Below are positions 18,252 through 27,045 of a stretch of DNA of 64,000 nucleotides, piece by piece. This DNA comes from a virus. How positions within the stretch are numbered: the first letter of the stretch is position 1; each line of letters starts with the position of its first letter. The position numbers and the translations under genes were made by a program. The DNA is taken from the IMG/VR virus record IMGVR_UViG_3300037470_000856, positions 32,001 through 96,000 of that record, one strand, 5' to 3'. The notes beneath the pieces are model-generated. The model was given only the letters and a program-made list of their open reading frames with translations, was not told the origin of the DNA and did not search any database.

Positions 18252-19763
18252 TCAGAAGTTGAGCAGATTGCCCATGAAGAACAGAAAAGGTAGCGCGTAG
18301 GTGATGTTGGACCAGACCGGAGTGCGGCCCCGCTGCTCGCGCTCTTCGGGGATGTTGTCCTTCTCGGTCTGCCACGCGCCGCCCTGAAGCACGGCCGGGC
18401 GTCCGCGGCACTCGGGCCAGCACAGCTCGGTCGTATCAAACAGCGGAATCTTATACCTGATGTCGCCCTCCTCGAGGTAGGCGATCTGGAAGTGCTGCTG
18501 CATAATGTTGCCGCGATTCGACGGCTTGCGAACCGGGCCGATCGAGTAGCGCTCCCCCGTGAGTTTCACGATGAAGTCACGCTGCGTCAGCAACGGCGAC
18601 GGCCCCGTCCACACGTCCTGGAGGTGCGAGACGTAGCGGCCGTTGGGGGTCTGCCGGACGGCACGCTCGGCGTCATCGGGGGCGACGATCATGTCGTAGG
18701 GCCCCTCGTAGCCGCCGATGTAGCCGGTGCCGAAGCACTCAAGGCAGCGAGAATTGGGCTGCTGGTCCCACTCGATGGTTCGCGGGTCGGAACGGCAGAA
18801 GCACTGGTGTCCGCTCGTCTTCTTGACGAAGACCTTCACGCGCTCGCCGCCCTGCTCGAGGACCCAGTTGTTGCGCCGGATCGCCTCGCGCCAGATGTAG
18901 TCAAGGCGCTCGATCTGCCGGTGGGTGCTGGGCTCAGCAAAGTCGAGAGGCGTCTCGCGGAAGCCGGTCGGGGAGTCGGGATCTCGCGCGACGGTCGTGA
19001 CACGGTACCACGTCTTCTTATCGAGGTCGGTCCTGACTGTGTTCTTGTTGTAGTGGTAGCTGACCGCCACGGCCGACTGCGGCCCCTGGGGGAGGACCGG
19101 CTCGATCCAGCGCTCAGTGGCGAAGTTGTAACCGCGCACGTTGACTAGGGTGATCTCCCCGGTGGGGCCGAAGACCGCTTGCACGGGGACGACCTGCCCG
19201 TCGATGGTGAGCACGATGTCCATCGGACTGTCGGCCGCGATGGACTGCCCCGACTTCTTCACGATCGGGGAGTGCTTCACGCGGAAAGTCCACCGCGCGT
19301 TGTTGGCCTGCACTCCCCGGGAGAGCCAACTCGCGTCCCAGTCCACGACCTCGTTCTCCACGAAGGCATTGTCCGTGAAGTCGCGGTAGAAGGTGCCCCC
19401 CACCGGGGCCGCGTTCAGGCGCACGTAGGGACCACGCTCGGAGGTGTCCGAGCGGTACACATTGACGCCGACCACGGCAAACTTGCCGTTCTTGGCGAGG
19501 ATCGCCGAGTTGTCCCACCGGATGTCGAGCGTCCCCGTGAACAGAGGAGAGACGACCTCGACGTTGATGGGAGGAGCCGGACACTCGTTCGGCCCCGCCT
19601 CCCACCCGATGCAACCCGGGCCGAACGGTCCGGGACTCGGGCACGGGTCAGGGCACGGCGGAGGACATGGATCTGGGGGCGAAGGCGTAGGCCCACAAGA
19701 CTCCGGCCCCTGAGGGTTGGTCTTGGTCGCCCACGGTTCGAGCCCCTTGTTGATGCACGTCAT
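18252..19763 (-). CDS. Putative neck/head-closure protein
   Basis: 503 aa; FN3-like N-terminus (GVNVYRS) and CFC...CLECFGTGYIGGY zinc motif, as seen in large-phage neck proteins. Confidence 0.55.
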   Translation of the reverse strand: MTCINKGLEPWATKTNPQGPESCGPTPSPPDPCPPPCPDPCPSPGPFGPGCIGWEAGPNECPAPPINVEVVSPLFTGTLDIRWDNSAILAKNGKFAVVGVNVYRSDTSERGPYVRLNAAPVGGTFYRDFTDNAFVENEVVDWDASWLSRGVQANNARWTFRVKHSPIVKKSGQSIAADSPMDIVLTIDGQVVPVQAVFGPTGEITLVNVRGYNFATERWIEPVLPQGPQSAVAVSYHYNKNTVRTDLDKKTWYRVTTVARDPDSPTGFRETPLDFAEPSTHRQIERLDYIWREAIRRNNWVLEQGGERVKVFVKKTSGHQCFCRSDPRTIEWDQQPNSRCLECFGTGYIGGYEGPYDMIVAPDDAERAVRQTPNGRYVSHLQDVWTGPSPLLTQRDFIVKLTGERYSIGPVRKPSNRGNIMQQHFQIAYLEEGDIRYKIPLFDTTELCWPECRGRPAVLQGGAWQTEKDNIPEEREQRGRTPVWSNITYALPFLFFMGNLLNF

Positions 19764-19776
19764 CCGTTACCTGTCA

Positions 19777-20151
19777 TCAGGAGGGCTGCGCGCCTCCCCC
19801 CTCTTGAATCTGAGCCGTCCCGGGTCTGTTGACCAGTCGGATGGTGCCGTCCTGCAGCCCGTGCCACTGCACGCCGTCGGGGAGCCCCAGGCGCTTCGTG
19901 ATGCCGGCGATGATCTTCTGACCTTCGTCGTCGAGTTCCTCGACGCGCGCCACGATGCGGAGTTTGAGCAGCTCGTGCTCTCCGCACTTGGCCAGAAGCT
20001 GCTGGGACTCCGCGCGGATGCGTGTCATCGCCCCCTGCTCCTCGGGAGTCAGGCGTCCGAGGATGGACGGGTCGCTCGGAGCCTCGGTGGTGGTCTCGGT
20101 GGTGGTCTCGATCTCGGTGGATTCGTTATTTTCCATGTGAACCTCCGTCAC
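19777..20151 (-). CDS. Hypothetical coiled-coil protein
   Basis: Compact ORF with normal composition, tiling between neighbours. Confidence 0.55.
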   Translation of the reverse strand: MTEVHMENNESTEIETTTETTTEAPSDPSILGRLTPEEQGAMTRIRAESQQLLAKCGEHELLKLRIVARVEELDDEGQKIIAGITKRLGLPDGVQWHGLQDGTIRLVNRPGTAQIQEGGGAQPS

Positions 20152-20401
20152 GGGACACTGTACCCACGCGGCCGAGTTCCTTCTCCTTCTCCTCCTCGAC
20201 GATCAGACGCTTGACGGCCCGCAACTCGGAAAGATACGTGTCGAAAGGCGTTCCCACGCGGTCGTCCAGGCGCAGGGTCCTGCTGTGCGTCACGACGGAC
20301 GAAAAACGAGTGAACGACCAGAAGATGTTGCCGTCCTGGTCCGTATATTCGTAGATTCGGTGCCCCTTCGAGATGGCGGCTTCCTTGGATGTGTCCGTCA
20401 C
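20126..20401 (-). CDS. Hypothetical protein (start reassigned to GTG 20401)
   Basis: GTGA overlap with the upstream stop; MTDTSKEAAISKGHRIYEY... Confidence 0.55.
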   Translation of the reverse strand: MTDTSKEAAISKGHRIYEYTDQDGNIFWSFTRFSSVVTHSRTLRLDDRVGTPFDTYLSELRAVKRLIVEEEKEKELGRVGTVSRDGGSHGK

Positions 20402-20910
20402 GGTCCCCCCTTCTCGGCGCCCTCTCTCTTCTGCTCCTCGCGCAGGATCTCGAGAATCTCGTCGAGATCGTCCTCGGCCTTCTCGACCTGCGCCACCTGC
20501 TGCTCGAGCAGCTCGTGCGCGGCCTCGGCGGCCTGCTGAAGTTTGGCGGCCTTGTGGTACTTCTCGAGGGCCTCGCGCTCGCGCTCGTCGAGCACCTTCT
20601 TGACCTTCTCCTTGGGTCGGCACTCGCCCTCGAAGAGCATCTCGTCGGCTCCGCACCCGTCGCGGTGTGGCGGCACGGCCTCCTCCCCGCCAGTCTCGTC
20701 CTGCGCTCCGGAATTCTCGATCTCGTGACCGGACTGCTTATCGCCGTGAGGCTCCTCGAAGCCGTCGTCGGCCTTTCCCTCGTCCATGCTCGCGTCGACG
20801 ATGGAGACCTGTGTCACGTCCTCGTGCTTGTCGTCCTTCGGCACCAGACAGGAGATCGAAAGCAGGAGGAGGCTACTGCTCGCGACCGCGGAGTAGCTTC
20901 TTGACTTCAT
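20398..20910 (-). CDS. Lipoprotein, candidate o-spanin
   Basis: MKSRSYSAVASSSLLLLSISC lipobox-like signal, C-terminal coiled coil; its start overlaps the end of the upstream membrane protein gene. Confidence 0.5.
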   Translation of the reverse strand: MKSRSYSAVASSSLLLLSISCLVPKDDKHEDVTQVSIVDASMDEGKADDGFEEPHGDKQSGHEIENSGAQDETGGEEAVPPHRDGCGADEMLFEGECRPKEKVKKVLDEREREALEKYHKAAKLQQAAEAAHELLEQQVAQVEKAEDDLDEILEILREEQKREGAEKGGP

Positions 20911-21169
20911 CGATCTTCTCGTCCACATTGTCGAGTTTGCCCTCGAGGCGCACGAGCGTGAGCGTGTTCCTCTGAACCGTCTCGGTCACGTCGGCGAGTT
21001 TATCAAGATCCTCCCGCAGCTCCAAGATGCGCTCGTCCTGGATCGCGTTCGTCACCTCGAGTTTGACGCCCCAGACGATGAGCGGGATGACGAACGCCGA
21101 CAAGACCTTCATGGTGATGTCAAGGACCTTCGCTGTCGAGCCGGAGGTAGTCGTCTGCGAGGAGGACAT
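20873..21169 (-). CDS. Single-TM coiled-coil membrane protein, candidate i-spanin/holin-like
   Basis: MSSSQ...VLSAFVIPLIVWGV hydrophobic helix followed by a heptad-rich coiled coil. Confidence 0.5.
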   Translation of the reverse strand: MSSSQTTTSGSTAKVLDITMKVLSAFVIPLIVWGVKLEVTNAIQDERILELREDLDKLADVTETVQRNTLTLVRLEGKLDNVDEKIDEVKKLLRGREQ

Positions 21170-21206
21170 GCGAGAACTGCTCTGCCTGCGGGTCTCTATA
21201 GGCTCC

Positions 21207-21569
21207 CTAACAAGCCCGGGAAACGGCGGAGGCCATGAAGCGGCGCGCAACCCGGGCGATCTTGTCGAGAGACAACTCGCCCTTGGTCTCCTTGATCCAT
21301 CCATCCTTCTTGAGAGCGTCCACCGCGCTTCGGAAAAGAGTCTCGCCCTCACCGTGAAACGGCCAGTGGCGGCTGATGTCCTCGGCCATGGTGCTCACGT
21401 TCACGGTGTCCTGGGCGGGCATGGTCTCGAGGTAGCGCAGGATGGCACTCTGGACCTGCTTCATCTGATCCCCGGCGTTGTCGTTGCGCAGGTCCGTGAG
21501 GCCTGAGCGTCGGGCAGCCAGGTCCCCTCTCAGGTACTCCCAGGTCTGTGATTCGTGACGAGCTCGCAT
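21207..21569 (-). CDS. Hypothetical protein with C-terminal RVARRF motif
   Basis: 120 aa ORF preceded by a late-promoter-like motif. Confidence 0.55.
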   Translation of the reverse strand: MRARHESQTWEYLRGDLAARRSGLTDLRNDNAGDQMKQVQSAILRYLETMPAQDTVNVSTMAEDISRHWPFHGEGETLFRSAVDALKKDGWIKETKGELSLDKIARVARRFMASAVSRAC

Positions 21570-22065
21570 TTTGGGCCTCGCGGCGGGCTAGGGGTCACCT
21601 ACGGGTCGTGATAGGAGGGTCACCGGAGGCAAGTTCGTGAAAATTAGGACGGGGTGTCCGAGTGCGTCGAGCAGCCCGTGTAGTCGTGGATCACGTGCCT
21701 GAGGAAGACCGAGTCGGTGCTCCCCGTGTACGTGTTGCTCGTGTCGGTCTGCTGGGCCTCCATCGCCGACTTCGATCCGCCGTAGTACATCACGTAGGCT
21801 GGCGACGTGTTGATGGTTTCGGACCCGCAGTACAGACCTCGGGACAGACCCTGCGTGGTCGCGTAGTCGTGCCACGGCTCGAAAGGACAAGGCTCGAAGG
21901 ACGTAGCCAGGTGTGCTCCGATCGCCATGCCGCCGCCAGGACCATCTCGAGGAACTCGAGGTTCCCGTCCGTGTTGATGCCCGCGACGTAGGCCAGATCC
22001 CCCGGGTGACGCGCCATCGGGACCCGATCCAAAAGAGCAAAGAAATCAACACTCTGTGAGAAACC

Positions 22066-22971
22066 TCACACAAAGCTCCTAGGTGAAAGAACCCCCCGAC
22101 CGACATTGGGGCCGAAGCTAGAGCGCACGCCGAAGCCGAACTTCGGCTGCTGCAGACCACGGATGAACTTGACGGTGCGAGCCTTGGCTTCGGCGGCCTT
22201 GTCCTGCTGTCCCTCGGCGTTCTGCTTGAGGCTCTCGTACTTGCTCGACTTCTCGATGCTGAGGCTGATGCCCCCGATCGAGTAGTCGAACTCGTCCGCG
22301 ACCCAGTTGACGCTCAGAGCGAACAGGGCATGCACCGCCGCGCCCCACAGGATGAAGGTGCGCCACTCAGGCTTCTGCTGACAGAGCATGTTGAGCGTGC
22401 TGATACCCGTGGCCGGAGGCAGCGAGTTGAACCAATCGAGTGACATCTGGAGGTAACACAACAGTTCATAGTCCTCCCACAGGTAGCCGAAGACGCGGTT
22501 GAACTGCTTGATCTCCCCCTCCTGCTCGGGAGGACGGAAGTGGTAGTTGCGGTCCGGGTTGTTGTCCCGGAGCATCACGCGGAGTTTGTCGACCAGGCCT
22601 GCCTCGCAGGTGGACAGGATAGGCTGACCCATCACCTGCGACTCGGGGTTGGTCACGCCGAACTCCTGGACAACGACCTGCTCCTCGCCGCCGACGGTCT
22701 TCGTGAACGTCCAGCGAATGCGATAGTCGCCCCCGGACGCTCCCGGGGGCACAAGGAGCGCGGCGTAGTACTCGCCGATGGACGGGTTGACCGGGGTGCG
22801 CTCGGCGGGTCCGATCAGCACCTCGATACCCGGCTCCCCCATGCTCACGTCCACGAAGTAGATCGCGTAGGAGATCGTCGCGGCGTTGCACGGCACGCCG
22901 AGCTCGTCCACGAGGAAGATGGAGAGGTCATTACGACCGAGTTCCGTGCCGACGTTGAAACATACGGGCAC
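22066..22971 (-). CDS. Putative head-tail adaptor/neck protein
   Basis: Ig-like N-terminus (GEYYA...GDYRIRW); helical C-terminus with FDYSIGGISLSIEKS motif. Confidence 0.55.
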   Translation of the reverse strand: MPVCFNVGTELGRNDLSIFLVDELGVPCNAATISYAIYFVDVSMGEPGIEVLIGPAERTPVNPSIGEYYAALLVPPGASGGDYRIRWTFTKTVGGEEQVVVQEFGVTNPESQVMGQPILSTCEAGLVDKLRVMLRDNNPDRNYHFRPPEQEGEIKQFNRVFGYLWEDYELLCYLQMSLDWFNSLPPATGISTLNMLCQQKPEWRTFILWGAAVHALFALSVNWVADEFDYSIGGISLSIEKSSKYESLKQNAEGQQDKAAEAKARTVKFIRGLQQPKFGFGVRSSFGPNVGRGVLSPRSFV

Positions 22972-23044
22972 GGCTCACATCCTCACGTCCTGGAGCCCGA
23001 AGACGTCGGCGGGGTCGAGGTCGAGGCTGCTCCTCATGCGCTCC

Positions 23045-23302
23045 TCAGTCCTCGTGTGTCAGCCCCTTCATCACCCGAATCTCGTCCACGTAGGTCAGGG
23101 CGGCCACCTTGCTGGTGCGGTTGTAGTACTGCTGCTTGAGTTCGCGGATGGACACGGCGCCGCCGTCCTCGAAGAGGAAGGACACCCGCCCCCCGTCGCG
23201 CGCGGTGCCGGCGAACGTAACACCCGCCACCTTGAGATAGGCCGCGTAATACAGGTCGCTCGTCCTGTAGTGCCTATTCTTCTGTTGTACCTGGTTCTCC
23301 AT
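23045..23302 (-). CDS. Small DUF5659-like protein
   Basis: YRTSDLYYAAYLK...RVSFLF pattern; start reassigned to MENQVQ. Confidence 0.55.
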   Translation of the reverse strand: MENQVQQKNRHYRTSDLYYAAYLKVAGVTFAGTARDGGRVSFLFEDGGAVSIRELKQQYYNRTSKVAALTYVDEIRVMKGLTHED

Positions 23303-23394
23303 CGTGTTCGTCTCCGTTTCCTGACCATCCCCGGCGGGGAGGAAAAGCGCGGGGGCGACAAGGCCACGAAAGTGACCACGTCGTCCCTCGGTGC

Positions 23395-24069
23395 CTAGAC
23401 GTACAGGGTGCCATCTTCGGCGTAGACCGTGACGGCCTGCTGCTCGACGTCGAGGTACGTGAAGTTCGGGTCCTTGAGCAGCGACACGTTCCCGTTCAGG
23501 TGCGAGCACTTGAACTGGCCGATGTCATAGAGCTGCTTGTAGGTCCCCTCCACGAAGTCCCCGACCGGGCCGATGAACGCTCCACCGCCGTCGGACAGTG
23601 CGGTGCCCGACGAGACGAGATACACATTGCCGGCCAGAATGCTCAGCAGCTCGGTGAGGACGCCCGTCGAACCTCCAGCCGTGAGGGAGGCTCCACCCAC
23701 GACGCCGCCGATGACGGCGTTCACGGCCGCCAGGTTGAGAGCCGTGCCTCCTCCGGGGTCCGCCTGCGTGATGGCCAGGAGACCCGCCGCGATGGCGTCC
23801 GCGTCGGCCGCGGTGATCGTCGCGCCGCCGTCGTCGATGTTGCCGAGCATGTACGCCCCGACCCCGTAGAGGTCCGCCATGGCGACCACGGGCGGACCCG
23901 TGTCCACGCTGCCCGCCATGAGCGGCGCCGGGATGTTGTGGATGTACCCCGTCTGACCGAGTCCCGGCGGGTAGATGTAGTTCTTGCTCGAGGTGTTCGG
24001 CCAGAGGTCGACGACCTGGAGTTCCCCGTCGGGGATGTCGGTCCGGTTCATGATGAGAAAGACTTGCAT
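23395..24069 (-). CDS. Virion structural protein, paralogue 3
   Basis: MQVFLIMNRTDIPDGELQVVDLWPNTSSKNY..PPG.GQ N-terminus shared with the two upstream genes. Confidence 0.65.
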   Translation of the reverse strand: MQVFLIMNRTDIPDGELQVVDLWPNTSSKNYIYPPGLGQTGYIHNIPAPLMAGSVDTGPPVVAMADLYGVGAYMLGNIDDGGATITAADADAIAAGLLAITQADPGGGTALNLAAVNAVIGGVVGGASLTAGGSTGVLTELLSILAGNVYLVSSGTALSDGGGAFIGPVGDFVEGTYKQLYDIGQFKCSHLNGNVSLLKDPNFTYLDVEQQAVTVYAEDGTLYV

Positions 24070-24081
24070 CGTCCTTGTCTC

Positions 24082-25110
24082 CTACGGGGTGAAGAAGGTC
24101 CCGTCGTCGTTGTAAACGACGACCGCCTCGCCGTTGGGGTCACCAGCCACGCCGGCGTAGACGAAGCTGTTCGCGGTGAACGCGGAGAGCTCACCCATGA
24201 CGAACGACAGTGGCAGGCCGTCGTTGAGGAAGAGCGCCCGGTTGCCACTCAACGAACTGACCGGGGGGCTCACGACGTGGAAACCGCCCGCGTCCGCGAC
24301 CTGCGTGCCGGCCGGGAGCGTGAACTTGGCCCCGGCGAGCATGTTGAGCAATTCGGCGAGCGATGTTGTGTCGAGGACGGCCCCCACGAGGAGGCCGTTG
24401 ACGGTGGCGAGATCCAGGACGCCCGCGGCCGACGTCAAGTCTCCGAAAGCGAGTTGACCGAGCGTTGCCGCGGCACTCGCGTTCGCGTCCGCGGCCGTGA
24501 TGGCCGACGCGTCCACGCCGCCCGCCATCGCCGCGGACACCGAGAGGTTGGCGCCCACCTCGGAGAGGAGGATGCTGTTGCCGGCGGTCCCGGCCGTCAC
24601 CGCCGTGATGTCGATGTCCACCGGAGCAGCACCCCCCGGCGTTGCCGCGGTGACGTAGGGGCTCAGGCCGTTCAGCGGGTTGTTGATCGTATTGACCAAG
24701 TTGGTCGCCGAGTCGGCTTCGGTGGCACCCACGAGCACGTCCGTCGTCGCGACCGGAGCCGCGCTGAACGTGAAGGTGACCGAGGGGCCCCCCACCACCG
24801 TGGCGTTGATGGTGGCCGTGTCGCCGGGAGCGACGTTGCCCGCCGCGATCTGGAACTGCCCGGTCGCGGCGACGGCCGTGCCGTCGTTGGTGCGCGCGAG
24901 GAACCAGGCCGACAGCCCGGAGTACGTGCGGAAGGACGTGACGGGGCCCGCGCCGAGCGTGATGACCGTCTCGTTGTCGACCGCGTTGACGTACTTGGTC
25001 TGACCAGGGGCGTCGAGGGTGTAGTTCCGCTGCGACGTGTTGGGCTCCATGTCGAGGATCTGGAGCGTCCCATCGGGGATGTCGCTGCGCTTCATGATGA
25101 TGTACGGCAT
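24082..25110 (-). CDS. Virion structural protein, paralogue 2 (carries a sheath-type inserted domain)
   Basis: MPYIIMKRSDIPDGTLQILDMEPNTSQRNYTLDAPGQ, plus an internal ATG...GDT...TAVTAGTAGNSI...AGG domain. Confidence 0.65.
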   Translation of the reverse strand: MPYIIMKRSDIPDGTLQILDMEPNTSQRNYTLDAPGQTKYVNAVDNETVITLGAGPVTSFRTYSGLSAWFLARTNDGTAVAATGQFQIAAGNVAPGDTATINATVVGGPSVTFTFSAAPVATTDVLVGATEADSATNLVNTINNPLNGLSPYVTAATPGGAAPVDIDITAVTAGTAGNSILLSEVGANLSVSAAMAGGVDASAITAADANASAAATLGQLAFGDLTSAAGVLDLATVNGLLVGAVLDTTSLAELLNMLAGAKFTLPAGTQVADAGGFHVVSPPVSSLSGNRALFLNDGLPLSFVMGELSAFTANSFVYAGVAGDPNGEAVVVYNDDGTFFTP

Positions 25111-25122
25111 CGGTCGATCTCC

Positions 25123-25788
25123 TTACAGGACGGTTCCGTCGTCGGCGAGAACGAGGATGGCCGGCCCGAACACGCCGTTGTACTCGAAACCCACCTGCTT
25201 GTAGTTGAAGAGGTCACCTGCGCCGTTGCTGACGTTGAAGGCGCCCGTCGCCAGGATGTTCTTCACGCCCGGCGTCGTGGCGAAGAAACCCTGACGAACC
25301 GGGTTGAAGGCATTGGCGCCGTCCTCGACCTCGGAGCCGGCCGGCAGTTGGTATTCCGCGCCAGAGAGGATGAAGAGGAGTTCGGAGAGCATGCCCGTCG
25401 AGGCGCCCGCCTCGAGGCTGGTGCCCGCCGTGGCTCCGGCCGCGACGAGCGCGGCGTCCACGTCGGTCAGGGTCAGCGTGAAACCGCCCACCGCTCGGGC
25501 GATGATGGTCGCCGCCGCCGCATTGGCCACCGCCGCCGTGATCGCGGTGCCCGAGGAGTCCTCGACGTTGTCGATCAGGTAGGCCGCGAGCCCGCAGGCG
25601 TCACGCACCGTGAGGATTGGACCCGCTCCCGTCGTGATGACGGTGTCGCTGACCGGGATCTGGCGCACGTACCCGCTCTGACCTGGAGGATCGAGCGTGT
25701 AGTTGCGCTGAGAGTCGTTCGGCTTGAGGTCGATGATCTCGAGCACCCCGTTCGGGATGTCGGCGCGACGCATGATGATGTACGGCAT
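25123..25788 (-). CDS. Virion structural protein, paralogue 1
   Basis: MPYIIMRRADIPNGVLEIIDLKPNDSQRNYTLDPPGQ; ends in DDGTVL, like the other two. Confidence 0.65.
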   Translation of the reverse strand: MPYIIMRRADIPNGVLEIIDLKPNDSQRNYTLDPPGQSGYVRQIPVSDTVITTGAGPILTVRDACGLAAYLIDNVEDSSGTAITAAVANAAAATIIARAVGGFTLTLTDVDAALVAAGATAGTSLEAGASTGMLSELLFILSGAEYQLPAGSEVEDGANAFNPVRQGFFATTPGVKNILATGAFNVSNGAGDLFNYKQVGFEYNGVFGPAILVLADDGTVL

Positions 25789-25867
25789 CGTGAAAATCCT
25801 CCGGTGTCCGGGCTGCGGGCCTTCTCTGTATAGGGGGCCCTATAAAACGAAAACCGATAGGGTGCGT

Positions 25868-26650
25868 CTAGCGCAGACCCGTCACGGTCGAGATCAGCAG
25901 CGAAAAGTTTGGGTTCCCCCCCGTCGAGCACAGGACAAGATCGTCCTTCATTCCGCTCGCGTGGGAGATGCTCGTCTCGGGGTCGATCTGGATGAGCGGC
26001 TGGCCCTCCGAGATCGAGAAGTAAAGGGGGAGCGCCATGTCGTGGTTCGTGATAATGATGGCGTCCGCGAACGCCGGGACGGCGAACACCAGCGCCTCGG
26101 GAGGCGCAGGGAGCCCCGGCACGGCCGTGGCCAGGTTCGGCGCCGTCCCGTACAGCGAGAGCGCGGGGCGAGGGACGCTCTGGAAGTCGGGGTCGCGCAT
26201 GATCATGATCTTCGACTGGTTCGACGCGTTCGCGGTGCCCGGGAACACGCCGCCGGGGAACCCGGCCGGCACGCTCCCGGAGATCGCCGCGGTGGCCACG
26301 GTGCTGACCTGCACACGGATGAACCAGAGATGGGAGTCGGGCGGAACCTCGGGGCTGAGCCCGAAGAACTCGTTCGGGTCGAAGGTGGCACGCGTCTGTC
26401 CGCGGGTAATGTCTCCCGAGATGCCCGTCCGTCGCTGTCGAATCGTCTTGGAGATGAAACTCCGGCCGCGCAACACGTCGAACAGGGCCGTGGTGCCAAC
26501 CCCGGTGACTCCGTTGAAAGTGCCGTAGGCGTCGTCGAGGCTGTTGGCGACTCGAACGCGGTAGCCGAGGATGTCCTCGTTGTTGATGAACTGGAGCGTC
26601 GCGAACCCCTTGGCTCGCTCCAGCATGTTGGGAATCGGGATGGTGGTCAT
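25868..26650 (-). CDS. Hypothetical beta-rich (probably virion) protein
   Basis: 260 aa; ATGA-coupled to the upstream gene. Confidence 0.55.
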   Translation of the reverse strand: MTTIPIPNMLERAKGFATLQFINNEDILGYRVRVANSLDDAYGTFNGVTGVGTTALFDVLRGRSFISKTIRQRRTGISGDITRGQTRATFDPNEFFGLSPEVPPDSHLWFIRVQVSTVATAAISGSVPAGFPGGVFPGTANASNQSKIMIMRDPDFQSVPRPALSLYGTAPNLATAVPGLPAPPEALVFAVPAFADAIIITNHDMALPLYFSISEGQPLIQIDPETSISHASGMKDDLVLCSTGGNPNFSLLISTVTGLR

Positions 26651-27045
26651 GCGCTACCCGTCCTCTCCTTGCGGGCATAGGACTCGTATCCGCTCGTGTC
26701 ATTGCCCTTGGACCGGGCGAGTTTGGCCGCGTCGCTCCAGGTCTCGGTGCGCTCGCCACCCACGTTGGGCTGGAGCGACGGGATCGTCCCGTCCCCCTTC
26801 TGCTCCCGCTTCTTGTCGGCCAGGCGTTCATTCTTGCGGCGCATCTGGCCGGCGACGCGGTTATTCTTCGTGGCCCACCCGTCGCCCGAGAAGTTGATCA
26901 TCGGCGGCGTGAAGATGCGCACCGACCTCTCCTCCACGCCGCACTCGGGGCACGGCGGCTTCATGGAAGTGCCATACTCGGACATCTTCATCACGAGCTC
27001 GAATTGGTGCTCGCAGCTCTGGCACTCGTAGGGGTACGTCGGCAT
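26647..27045 (-). CDS. FmdB-type zinc-ribbon protein
   Basis: MPTYPYECQSCEH...CPECG...FSGDGW. Confidence 0.75.
   Translation of the reverse strand: MPTYPYECQSCEHQFELVMKMSEYGTSMKPPCPECGVEERSVRIFTPPMINFSGDGWATKNNRVAGQMRRKNERLADKKREQKGDGTIPSLQPNVGGERTETWSDAAKLARSKGNDTSGYESYARKERTGSA

Noticed and set aside
21644-22032. Possible degenerate LAGLIDADG remnant (DLAYVAGINTDG) and overlapping 94-aa ORF
   Set aside because: A single short motif with no downstream homology; cannot choose between frames.
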